NCBI GenBank assembly: GCA_004321805.1
Contig: SGZV01000002.1
Location: 25,629 to 89,628, forward strand
DNA from: an alpha proteobacterium HIMB59
Lineage (GTDB): Bacteria > Pseudomonadota > Alphaproteobacteria > HIMB59
DNA length: 64,000 bases
Direction of reading: 5' to 3'
The translations under genes were made by a program, and so were the position numbers. Position 1 is the stretch's first letter. Each line of letters begins with the position of its first letter. The notes beneath the pieces are model-generated. The model was not told the DNA's origin. It saw only the letters and a program-made list of their open reading frames with translations, and did no database searches. Positions 38,571 to 48,185 of the stretch are shown here, in pieces.

Positions 38571-41500
38571 GTAACTTAGAAGTAGATACATATATAAAGA
38601 ATAGAGAAAAACTTAAAAAGAACCACGTTTACAAAGAAGAATTTGAACATGATAACTGCGGAGTTGGTTTAGTTGCTTCAATTGAAGGTGACTCTAGAAG
38701 AGATATAGTTGAAAAGGGCGTTGAGGCATTAAAGGCTGTTTTTCATCGAGGTGCAGTAGATGCAGATGGAAAGACGGGTGATGGTGCTGGTATTATGCTT
38801 GAAGTTTCAAATTCTTTTTTTAGAAAGCAAATACTTAAAACTGGCCACATGCCAAGCGAAGATAGCTTAATTGGAGTAGGAATGATTTTTCTTCCCAAAA
38901 GAGATTTTGGAGCACAAGAGAAATGCAGAGCTATTGTTGAATATGAAATTATAAAAGCTGGAATGAATTTATTCGGGTGGAGGCAGGTTCCAGTAAATAC
39001 AGAAATTATAGGAGAGAAAGCTAATTACACCAAACCTGAAATCGAGCAGATTATCTTTTCTCCTAAGGACTCTCAATCTGATCTTGAAAAACAACTATAT
39101 TTAACCCGTCGAAGAATTGAAAATAAAATTAAGGCCCTTAATATAAATGACTTTTATATCTGCTCTCTTTCTACTGAAACTATAGTTTACAAAGGGATGT
39201 TTCTTGCTGAGCAATTATCAGAATTCTATCCTGATCTTTTAGATGAAGATTTTAAATCAAAGTTTGCCATCTACCATCAACGTTACTCAACAAATACTTT
39301 TCCCACATGGTCTTTAGCACAACCATTCAGAGTTCTTGCTCATAATGGTGAAATCAACACACTTAAAGGAAACATTAATTGGATGAGTGCTCACGAGCCA
39401 AGAATCACACATCCATTTTTTAATGAAAGAATTAATGATCTTAAGCCCATACTTGACTCTGATGCATCTGACTCTGCTTCATTAGATGGAGCTTTTGAAC
39501 TTTTAGTTCAAACAGACAGAGATTTGCCAATGGCAAAATCTATGATCATTCCTGAGTCTTGGTCAAATAGATCAGATATGTCTGATGATTTAAAAAATAT
39601 GTATGCTTATTGCAATGCTGTCATTGAGCCATGGGATGGTCCAGCAGCTGTATGTGGAAATTTTGGAGATTGGATAATTTCTGGTATGGATCGAAACGGA
39701 CTTCGTCCTCTTCGCTACATTTTAACCAATGACGGATTATTGATTTCAGGCTCTGAAGTAGGAATGATTAATGTCGAAGAAAAAAATATTTTAAAAAAAG
39801 GTAGAGTGGGTCCTGGAGAATTAATTGCAATTAATTATCAAGAAAAAAAATTCTATCAAAGTGACGAGCTTAAAAAGCTATTAAGTCAAAGACAGAATTA
39901 TTCGGAGTGGAATAAGAAAACTATTGATTTAGACAGTATATTAGCTGATAAACAGATTTCTCATCCAAATAAAGCTATCGATCAAAAATTTTATCAATTA
40001 GCTAAATCCTTTAATCTATCTTTTGAGACATTAGATCTAATACTAGACCCAATGGTCAAAACAGGTCAAGAGGCAACTGGGTCAATGGGAGATGATACTC
40101 CTTTAAGTGTTTTAACTGAGCGATATCGTGGACTTCATAGTTTTTTTAAACAAAACTTTAGTCAGGTTACAAACCCACCAATCGATAGTTTAAGAGAGCA
40201 AGTTGTTATGAGTTTAAAAACACGATTAGGCAACTTGGGTAATATAGCTGAGGAAGACTCAGAACAATGTAATTTAGTTTTGCTTCAAAGTCCTGTTTTA
40301 TTAGATCATGAGCTTGAAACTTTAAAAGAGCATTTAGGCCAGCTCACTACTGAAATTGATTGCACATATGATAAAAATGAAGAAACAAATTTTTTAAACG
40401 AAATTCAACGAATATGTTCAGAAGCTGAACAGGCTGTTAGATCAGGCTCCCAGCATCTAATTATTTCTGACAAGAATGTTAACAAAGATAGAATTTCTTT
40501 GCCAATGATCTTAGCAACTAGTGCTGTTCATAGTTATCTTATAAAAAATAACTTAAGAACTTTTACTTCTTTAAATGTTTCTTCTCTTGAGTGTTTGGAT
40601 GTTCATTATTTCGCTGTTCTTATCGGAGTCGGTGCAACTACTGTAAATGCTGCGCTTATAGAAAAAATAGTTTGTGATAGATTAAATAAAAATATTTATC
40701 AAAATATTGAATATCAAACACTTTTAACCAACTATAAAAAAGCTATTGAAAAAGGCTTAAGAAAAATAATTAGTAAAATGGGCATTTCAATTATCAGCTC
40801 CTATAGAGGTGGAAGAAATTTAGAAATAATTGGATTAAGTCGAAGTATGGTAGAGAGTTTTTTCCCAGGTATGACTTCTAGAATTTCTGGTATTGGCCTT
40901 GAGGGATTAGAGAAAAGAGCAAGAAGACAACATGACAAAGCTTTTATATCAGAAAACTCAGTTTTAGATATTGGTGGTGAATTTAGGTTTAGAGCAAATA
41001 ACGAAGCCCATGCTTATGAAGGTGTTTCAATTCATATGCTTCAAGAAGCAGTTACAAGAGACTCATATAATTTATATAAAAACTATACTCAAAGAATTTA
41101 TAATATGAAGCCTATTCATATTCGTGATCTTTTAAAATTTAATGACTTTGATCAAGCTTTAAAACTTGACTCTGTTCAGAGCATATCAGAAATCAGAAAG
41201 AGTTTTGTCTCTCCAGGTATCTCACTGGGTGCGCTTAGTCCAGAAGCTCATGAGACTTTGGCTATAGCAATGAACCGAATTGGCTCTAAATCTGATAGTG
41301 GTGAAGGTGGTGAAGATTCTAATAGATATAAAAAATTAGAAAATGGAGATAACCCTAGCTCCTCTATTAAACAAGTAGCAAGTGGAAGATTTGGAGTCAC
41401 TGCTGAGTATTTGAATAATTGTCATGAAATTGAAATTAAAATAGCACAGGGTGCAAAACCTGGTGAAGGTGGTCAACTCCCAGGCTTTAAAGTGACTGAT

Positions 41501-43081
41501 TTAATTGCAAAATTAAGACATAGCACTAAAGGAGTGACTTTAATTAGTCCGCCTCCACATCATGATATTTATTCAATTGAGGATTTAGCTCAACTTATTT
41601 ACGATTTGAAACAGATTAATCCAATTGCAAAAGTTTGTGTAAAGCTTGTAGCTCAATCTGGCATTGGAACAGTTGCTGCAGGAGTTGCTAAGGCCAAAGC
41701 TGACGTCATTTTAGTTTCAGGTCATTCAGGAGGAACTGGTGCTAGCCCACAATCTAGTATCAAGTATGCTGGATTGCCTTGGGAACTTGGCATTAGTGAA
41801 GTTCATCAGATTTTATCTTTAAATGGGCTTAGGGATAAAGTCATACTTAGAACAGATGGTGGATTAAAAACTGGCCAAGATATTGTTAAAGCTGCAATTC
41901 TTGGTGCTGAAGAATATGGAATTGGGACTGCTTCATTAGTTGCTATGGGATGTATTATGGTACGACAATGTCATTCAAATACATGCCCTGTAGGTGTATG
42001 CACACAAGATGAAAAATTAAGAGAAAAATTTGGTGGGACGCCAGAAAAAGTTATTAATTTATTCTCATTCATTGCTGAAGAGGTTCGAGAAATTTTAGCT
42101 TCTCTAGGATATTCTTCTTTACAAGATGTTATCGGTAAAACAGATCTTTTATCCCAGGCTCATTATGGCTCTAGTGATCTTGACAACTTAGATTTAAATC
42201 CAATCCTAACAAAAATAGACGATGGAAAAGTATATGACTATCACTCTGAGAAAAAAAGAAATGAAGTTCCAAAAACCCTAGATGATTTATTCGAAAAAGA
42301 TGGAAAAGACTTTATCCATTCAGGTCAAAAAATTGAATTAACTTACAATATTCAAAATACACTTAGAACGATTGGAACAAAGATCTCATCTTTCATTACG
42401 CGCCACTATGGAATGAATTCCTTATCCGAAGATCATGTAACTCTTAAATTAAGAGGCTCTGCTGGACAGTCTTTAGGAGCTTTTGCAGTTAAAGGTCTTA
42501 CTCTGAAGGTTTTTGGCGATGCAAATGATTATGTGGGCAAAGGTCTTTCTGGTGGAAAAATTATTGTTCAGCCAAGAAATTCATTTAATCAACCAAGTCA
42601 TGAAAATGTAATTATAGGTAATGTCACTTTATACGGGGCTACATCAGGTACTTTATATGCATCGGGTCAAGCAGGTGATCGATTTTGCGTAAGAAATTCT
42701 GGCGCCTTAGCAGTCGTAGAGGGTTGTGGTGCTAATGGCTGTGAGTATATGACAGGCGGAGAGGCGATGATATTAGGAAATATTGGCGATAACTTTGGTG
42801 CTGGTATGACTGGTGGATCAGCATTCATCTATTCAGATCAAAAAAATATTCTTGAAAGAATGAATAAGGAGACAATACAAGCTTATCAAATTAAAGATGA
42901 CAATTGGAAAAAGTATATTTTCAATCTATTGAACGATTTTGTTAAACAAACAAAATCAAAAAGAGCCGAATATATTGTTGAAAATTTTGATCAAGAAATA
43001 AATAAATTCATTCATATTGTTCCAGACGAAGTCATTAACAAATTAAGCTTTCCTGTAATCGAGCAACATAAGATAGCTTAA
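38567..43081 (+). CDS. gltB: Glutamate synthase large subunit
   Basis: CGVG after the propeptide, HQRYSTNT, HNGEINT, QGAKPGEGGQL, GCIMVRQCHSNTCP. Confidence 0.98.
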   Translation: MSNLEVDTYIKNREKLKKNHVYKEEFEHDNCGVGLVASIEGDSRRDIVEKGVEALKAVFHRGAVDADGKTGDGAGIMLEVSNSFFRKQILKTGHMPSEDSLIGVGMIFLPKRDFGAQEKCRAIVEYEIIKAGMNLFGWRQVPVNTEIIGEKANYTKPEIEQIIFSPKDSQSDLEKQLYLTRRRIENKIKALNINDFYICSLSTETIVYKGMFLAEQLSEFYPDLLDEDFKSKFAIYHQRYSTNTFPTWSLAQPFRVLAHNGEINTLKGNINWMSAHEPRITHPFFNERINDLKPILDSDASDSASLDGAFELLVQTDRDLPMAKSMIIPESWSNRSDMSDDLKNMYAYCNAVIEPWDGPAAVCGNFGDWIISGMDRNGLRPLRYILTNDGLLISGSEVGMINVEEKNILKKGRVGPGELIAINYQEKKFYQSDELKKLLSQRQNYSEWNKKTIDLDSILADKQISHPNKAIDQKFYQLAKSFNLSFETLDLILDPMVKTGQEATGSMGDDTPLSVLTERYRGLHSFFKQNFSQVTNPPIDSLREQVVMSLKTRLGNLGNIAEEDSEQCNLVLLQSPVLLDHELETLKEHLGQLTTEIDCTYDKNEETNFLNEIQRICSEAEQAVRSGSQHLIISDKNVNKDRISLPMILATSAVHSYLIKNNLRTFTSLNVSSLECLDVHYFAVLIGVGATTVNAALIEKIVCDRLNKNIYQNIEYQTLLTNYKKAIEKGLRKIISKMGISIISSYRGGRNLEIIGLSRSMVESFFPGMTSRISGIGLEGLEKRARRQHDKAFISENSVLDIGGEFRFRANNEAHAYEGVSIHMLQEAVTRDSYNLYKNYTQRIYNMKPIHIRDLLKFNDFDQALKLDSVQSISEIRKSFVSPGISLGALSPEAHETLAIAMNRIGSKSDSGEGGEDSNRYKKLENGDNPSSSIKQVASGRFGVTAEYLNNCHEIEIKIAQGAKPGEGGQLPGFKVTDLIAKLRHSTKGVTLISPPPHHDIYSIEDLAQLIYDLKQINPIAKVCVKLVAQSGIGTVAAGVAKAKADVILVSGHSGGTGASPQSSIKYAGLPWELGISEVHQILSLNGLRDKVILRTDGGLKTGQDIVKAAILGAEEYGIGTASLVAMGCIMVRQCHSNTCPVGVCTQDEKLREKFGGTPEKVINLFSFIAEEVREILASLGYSSLQDVIGKTDLLSQAHYGSSDLDNLDLNPILTKIDDGKVYDYHSEKKRNEVPKTLDDLFEKDGKDFIHSGQKIELTYNIQNTLRTIGTKISSFITRHYGMNSLSEDHVTLKLRGSAGQSLGAFAVKGLTLKVFGDANDYVGKGLSGGKIIVQPRNSFNQPSHENVIIGNVTLYGATSGTLYASGQAGDRFCVRNSGALAVVEGCGANGCEYMTGGEAMILGNIGDNFGAGMTGGSAFIYSDQKNILERMNKETIQAYQIKDDNWKKYIFNLLNDFVKQTKSKRAEYIVENFDQEINKFIHIVPDEVINKLSFPVIEQHKIA

Positions 43082-43803
43082 ATAAATTTAGAAATCGTAT
43101 TTAGACTGAAGTCATCTGACATGCTATGGTCTGCATTTTTAATAGTAACATTAATTAGTTTGGAAAAATTTGAATTTAAAAAAAATTTATCATTGTAGGA
43201 TTTCGGTACAGTAATATCTTTACTACCATGGAAAAGGATTACCTCTTTTGAAAATTTCTTTTTTATATCTTTAATAAAATATTTTTTACTATTTTGAAAT
43301 AATTTAGGTGAATATTGATAGGTGAAGTCATTGCTTATCTTTTTCTTAATGACTTTATTAGATCTAATTAAGTCTTTATTTTTATCACTAAGCTCTTTCC
43401 ACAAAAGATCCTTAGTAAAATCTGGAGCTGCAGCTATTCCAATGAGCCTATCCACATTTTTAGCAAAATTAAGAGCATAGAGCATAGCTACCCAACCTCC
43501 CATACTGCTGCCAATCAATGTGATATTTTTTAAATTTAAGTGACTAATTAAACTTTTTAAATCCTCGTACCAGTCCTTAATTCCAAATTCAATAAAATCC
43601 CCACTTGATTTTCCATGTCCTCTAAAATCAAAACACAGAAAGGAAAATTTTTTTTTTCTACAATAATTATTAAAAAAAATAGATTTTTGACCATTCATGT
43701 CAGACATAAGACCATGTACAAATACCAAATTTTTTTTACTTCTTTTGTAATATCTATAAGCTATCTTGTTGTTACCTTTTATAAAGTGTTGCAGTTTTGA
43801 CAT
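43078..43803 (-). CDS. Alpha/beta hydrolase (ABHD10-like)
   Basis: HGLMSDM.G.K, GHGKS.G, GSSMGGW, AAAPDFT, D..VP, DH. Confidence 0.9.
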   Translation of the reverse strand: MSKLQHFIKGNNKIAYRYYKRSKKNLVFVHGLMSDMNGQKSIFFNNYCRKKKFSFLCFDFRGHGKSSGDFIEFGIKDWYEDLKSLISHLNLKNITLIGSSMGGWVAMLYALNFAKNVDRLIGIAAAPDFTKDLLWKELSDKNKDLIRSNKVIKKKISNDFTYQYSPKLFQNSKKYFIKDIKKKFSKEVILFHGSKDITVPKSYNDKFFLNSNFSKLINVTIKNADHSMSDDFSLNTISKFI

Positions 43804-44888
43804 CTAATAAGAATATAAAAAAGCTAGTCTGTTTACAAATCATTCCTACATTGGGGATTGGTGGAGTTGAAACTGGCGTAAGAGATATTTCAAAATATTT
43901 AAAGAAAAAAAATATTAAAAACTATATCTTATGTGAAGAGAGCAATAATAATCTGAAAGAAAAGAATATAGATATTATTTATCTTAAAAATCTAAAATTT
44001 AAAAATATTTTTGATCAAATTAAAATAAGAAAATTTATTTCCAATCTTGTAGATAAGAGAAATATTAATTTAATTCATATATCCTCTAGGGCGCCAGCTT
44101 TTTTTTTAATTAATTTTTTGAGAAAAAAAAATATTAAGATCGTGACAAGCATTCATAATCGATACAAATCAGGTTCCTTTTTTAAAAATTGGTATAATTC
44201 TTTTCTTCAAAAAGGAGATGAAATTATATTCAACTCCAATTTTGTGAAGAATAGCTATATTTTTAACAGAAAGAAAAAATATCACGTTATACCTCGAGGA
44301 ATTGATATAGATTATTTCAAATCTTTAAAAAAAAATACAGTTCCAAAAATCAAAAAAATTTTTTTACCTTCAAGAATATCTAGTTGGAAAGGTCATGATA
44401 TTTTATTGGAATATTTTTCCAAATTATCGCCAAGCTATCAAAATGAATATAAGCTAGTTTTTATTTCGTCGCATCAATCTTCATATGAAAAAAAAATTGA
44501 TAGACGAGTAGAAAAATTATCATTAACGAATAAAGTTATTTTTATTAAACCAACACTAGATATTAAAGTTCATTATGAAGATTGTTATTTTGTTATAAAT
44601 ATATCTGTAAGACCTGAAGGTTTTGGTAGAACTATCTCTGAAGCTTTATCAATGTCTAAGCCTGTACTGGCTCCAAATCAAGGTGGCACCAAAGAACAAT
44701 TATCTAAATTTGATAAAAAATTAATGTTTAATGTGAATTCATTTAAAAGTTTCTATCAAGCCTTCAAATATATAACTAAAAATTACCATTATATCAAAAA
44801 ATCTAGTAGGAATTTTGTGATTGAAAATTATAGCTCTGAGATCATGTGTCAGAGAACAAAAGATATTTATTTAAATTTAATTAAATGA
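43797..44888 (+). CDS. Glycosyltransferase family 4
   Basis: GGVETG, H..SRAPA, IPRGID, R...WKG, PEGFGR...EA; TTG start. Confidence 0.9.
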   Translation: MTSNKNIKKLVCLQIIPTLGIGGVETGVRDISKYLKKKNIKNYILCEESNNNLKEKNIDIIYLKNLKFKNIFDQIKIRKFISNLVDKRNINLIHISSRAPAFFLINFLRKKNIKIVTSIHNRYKSGSFFKNWYNSFLQKGDEIIFNSNFVKNSYIFNRKKKYHVIPRGIDIDYFKSLKKNTVPKIKKIFLPSRISSWKGHDILLEYFSKLSPSYQNEYKLVFISSHQSSYEKKIDRRVEKLSLTNKVIFIKPTLDIKVHYEDCYFVINISVRPEGFGRTISEALSMSKPVLAPNQGGTKEQLSKFDKKLMFNVNSFKSFYQAFKYITKNYHYIKKSSRNFVIENYSSEIMCQRTKDIYLNLIK

Positions 44889-45793
44889 AAAAAATTTTAA
44901 TTATCAAGCACGGTTCTCTAGGAGATTTAATTTTATCTTTTGGTGCTATGAAAACAATTAAACATCAATTTCCTAATGCTGACTTATTTTTAGTTACCCA
45001 AACTAATTTTAAAGAAATTTTCAAAGATTTGCCCTATGTAGAACATATATTTGAAGATAATAGGAAAAAAAATTTATCATCGGTATTCAGTTATTTTAAA
45101 ATTATTAATAAATATAAAATTGATCTTGTAGTAGATCTTCAAAATTCCGGAAGAACTCAAATTTATCATTTTTTTACAAAGTTTTTTTCAAATGCTAAAG
45201 TTTTATCTGCTAGAAAATTCTCTTATTATAGATACCAACAACAACCCTTAGGTATTCAGCACATTACTCAAAACCATCAAGATCAACTGAAATTTCTTAA
45301 TATTGATAAATATTTTATTTCTGATCTAAGTTGGATGGCTAAATCAAATAGATTTAAAGAAAAATATATAGTAATCATCCCGGGTGCCTCAAAATCAGGT
45401 GAATATAAAAAATGGCCTATAGAAAAATATGCTCAGGTTTGTAATTATTTAATTAAGAAAAATTTTAAAGTTTTTCTTACAGGATCTATTTTAGATCGGT
45501 CAGATATTAACTCGATTATTCAACTCGCACCTCAAGCCAAAGATATGACTGAAGAGTCTAAAATTGATGTTTTTTATGATCTTTGTTTACATGCGAATTT
45601 GATTATATCAAATGATACTGGCCCAGCCCATATGGCGGGCTTGACTAATAAGGATTTAATTTGGTTGGCTAATGATAATAAAATTTCAAGATCTTGTCAT
45701 CCATTGGGCAATAAGGTTCATAAAATCTTATCTAAAAATGTTAAAGATATTGAAACCAAAGATGTAATAAAAAAAATTGATCAAATAATTTAA
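44885..45793 (+). CDS. Glycosyltransferase family 9 (LPS heptosyltransferase-like)
   Basis: ILIIKHGSLGD, DLQ.S.R, PGAS...KKWP, NDTGPAH. Confidence 0.92.
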   Translation: MKKILIIKHGSLGDLILSFGAMKTIKHQFPNADLFLVTQTNFKEIFKDLPYVEHIFEDNRKKNLSSVFSYFKIINKYKIDLVVDLQNSGRTQIYHFFTKFFSNAKVLSARKFSYYRYQQQPLGIQHITQNHQDQLKFLNIDKYFISDLSWMAKSNRFKEKYIVIIPGASKSGEYKKWPIEKYAQVCNYLIKKNFKVFLTGSILDRSDINSIIQLAPQAKDMTEESKIDVFYDLCLHANLIISNDTGPAHMAGLTNKDLIWLANDNKISRSCHPLGNKVHKILSKNVKDIETKDVIKKIDQII

Positions 45794-45908
45794 GTATTTT
45801 TATATTTACAATTGCCTCATGTTTGTTAATAATCCATCAATGTTAATAAATTCACACTTAGGCTATTTTCTTTGCTAAATTCCTTTTTATCCCTTTTACA
45901 ATAATATT

Positions 45909-46454
45909 TTGAATAGACCTTTTAATAGAAATAATAATTTTCGTGGAAAAAGAGATCTTCACAAAATAAATAATTTTATAACATCAGAAGATGTACGTGT
46001 AATATTAGATGATGGAGAGCAGTTAGGTGTAATGAAAAAGAATGAAGCAATTGATATTGCAAAAGGTAGAGGAATGGACTTAGTGGAAATAGCACCCAAT
46101 AATAAACCACCTGTCTGTAAAATAGTTGATTATGGAAAATTTAAATATCAAGAACAAAAGAAAAAAAATGAAGCTAAGAAAAAACAAAAAGTCATTGAGA
46201 CAAAAGAATTAAAAATTAGACCAGGAACTGGAGAGCATGATTATCAAGTTAAAATTAAAAATGCTCAAAAATTTTTGAAAGAAGGTAACAGAGTTAAGTT
46301 TAGTCTTCGCTTTAAGGGCCGTGAAATGGAACACTCTAATCTTGGTATTGATATGCTAAAAAGAGTAAAAACAGACCTTGAAGAGTTGATTAGAGTTGAA
46401 ATGGAGCCAAAAATTGAAGGAAGACAGGCTTTCCTCGTTGTTGCACCTAAATAA
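45909..46454 (+). CDS. infC: Translation initiation factor IF-3 (non-AUG start: TTG 45909 or ATT 45906)
   Basis: DLVEIAPN..PPVCKIVDYGKFKY, KELKIRP, FKGRE. Confidence 0.97.
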   Translation: MNRPFNRNNNFRGKRDLHKINNFITSEDVRVILDDGEQLGVMKKNEAIDIAKGRGMDLVEIAPNNKPPVCKIVDYGKFKYQEQKKKNEAKKKQKVIETKELKIRPGTGEHDYQVKIKNAQKFLKEGNRVKFSLRFKGREMEHSNLGIDMLKRVKTDLEELIRVEMEPKIEGRQAFLVVAPK

Positions 46455-46546
46455 AATATATGCTATCTAATTGACCTCATAAATCGAAGAGGCTCATAAG
46501 TGGGTATGCCTCAAGATTAAAAAATTAATTCTTTAAAGGAGATAAA

Positions 46547-46747
46547 ATGCCCAAATTAAAAACAAAAAGTAGCGTGAAAAAACGCTTTAAAATTACCTCT
46601 TCTGGTAAGTTGGTTGTGGGAAATGTTGGCAAGCGTCATGGAATGTCAAAGCGAACAAACTCATTCATTCGTAATTCAAAGGGAACTAGAGTTCTTTCAA
46701 AATCAGCATCAATTATAATCGACTCTATGATGCCTTATGGAAAATAA
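46547..46747 (+). CDS. rpmI: 50S ribosomal protein L35
   Basis: [21 protein letters not shown]; SD AGGGAG. Confidence 0.97.
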   Translation: MPKLKTKSSVKKRFKITSSGKLVVGNVGKRHGMSKRTNSFIRNSKGTRVLSKSASIIIDSMMPYGK

Positions 46748-46767
46748 TTTAGGAGAGGATAGATAAA

Positions 46768-47127
46768 ATGCCAAGAGTAAAAAGAGGCGTAACAGCCAGA
46801 GCTAAACATAAAAAAGTTTTTGAATATACGAAAGGTCATCGGGGAAGAAGAAAAAATGTCTTCAGAGTAGCCACTCAAAGTATGGATAAGGCACTTCAGT
46901 ATGCTTACAGAGATCGTAGAAATAAGAAAAGAGATTTCAGAGGTCTTTGGATTCAAAGAATAAATGCAGGTGTCAGAGAACATGGCTTAACATATGCAAA
47001 ATTTATTGATGGATTAAAAAAAGCTAATATTGAAATTAATAGAAAAGTTTTATCTGAAATAGCTTTTCATGAACCTGCTGCATTTAAAACTATAGTTGAA
47101 AAGGCTAAATCGACTCTAGCTAGTTAA
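46768..47127 (+). CDS. rplT: 50S ribosomal protein L20
   Basis: MPRVKRG, YAYRDRR.KKR.FR.LWI.RINA. Confidence 0.98.
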   Translation: MPRVKRGVTARAKHKKVFEYTKGHRGRRKNVFRVATQSMDKALQYAYRDRRNKKRDFRGLWIQRINAGVREHGLTYAKFIDGLKKANIEINRKVLSEIAFHEPAAFKTIVEKAKSTLAS

Positions 47128-47135
47128 ATTTAAGC

Positions 47136-48185
47136 ATGGACATCCAACAAGTCCTTAAAGAAGCCAAAAAAGCCATTGAGTCTTGTGAGTCACAACAACA
47201 ACTACAAGATGTCAAAGTTGCTTACTTAGGAAAAAAAGGAAAAGTTACTGGCCTTCTTAAACTCTTAAAGGATTTTACATTAGAAGAAAAAAAATCTAAA
47301 GGTGCAGAGATTAATTCTATTAAAGTTGAATTAGAAGAGTTAATCGAAAAAGAACAAGCTATTTTAAAAACCAAAGATATTAATAGTAAATTATCAAATG
47401 AATTCATAGATATTAGTTTTCCACCATCATCTCAATCTGAGGCAAAAGTACATCCAATTTCAAAAACGTTTGACGAGGTCATTTCAATTTTTGCCTCTAT
47501 GGGATATTCAGTTGCCGAAGGTCCAGATATTGAATCTGATTTCTATAATTTTACTGCATTAAATATTCCAGAGGATCACCCCGCAAGAGAAATGCAAGAT
47601 ACTTTTTATATTGAAGATAAAGATGACAATGATTTGCCTATGGTTTTAAGAACACATACTAGTCCTGTTCAAATTCGAACAATGATTAATCAAAAACCTC
47701 CAATAAAAATTATAGCCCCTGGAAGAACATATCGATGCGACTCAGATGCTACCCACTCTCCTATGTTTCATCAAGTTGAGGGACTATTTATAAATGAAAG
47801 TGCTAATATGAGTGATCTGAAGGGAACGTTAATAGAGTTTTGTGAAAAATTTTTTGAAGTGCAAAATTTAAAAGTACGATTCAGACCAAGCTATTTTCCT
47901 TTTACCGAGCCCTCCGCAGAAATGGATATAGCATACAGTATTATCAATAATGAGCTCCGAATAGGTGAGGGTGATAAATGGCTAGAAATCTTAGGTTGTG
48001 GAATGGTAAATCCAGTGGTTTTAGAAAATTGTAAAATTGATAGTAGTAACTTTCAAGGATTTGCATTTGGTGTTGGTCTTGACCGTATTACAATGCTCAA
48101 ACATGGCTTAAAAGATATTAGAGCTTTTTTTAGTGGCAGTATTAATTGGACCTCTAAAAATGGTTTTGGCCTAGGGAATTATTAA
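47136..48185 (+). CDS. pheS: Phenylalanine--tRNA ligase alpha subunit
   Basis: HPAREMQDTFY, LRTHTSPVQ, FRPSYFPFTEPS, GFAFG. Confidence 0.98.
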   Translation: MDIQQVLKEAKKAIESCESQQQLQDVKVAYLGKKGKVTGLLKLLKDFTLEEKKSKGAEINSIKVELEELIEKEQAILKTKDINSKLSNEFIDISFPPSSQSEAKVHPISKTFDEVISIFASMGYSVAEGPDIESDFYNFTALNIPEDHPAREMQDTFYIEDKDDNDLPMVLRTHTSPVQIRTMINQKPPIKIIAPGRTYRCDSDATHSPMFHQVEGLFINESANMSDLKGTLIEFCEKFFEVQNLKVRFRPSYFPFTEPSAEMDIAYSIINNELRIGEGDKWLEILGCGMVNPVVLENCKIDSSNFQGFAFGVGLDRITMLKHGLKDIRAFFSGSINWTSKNGFGLGNY

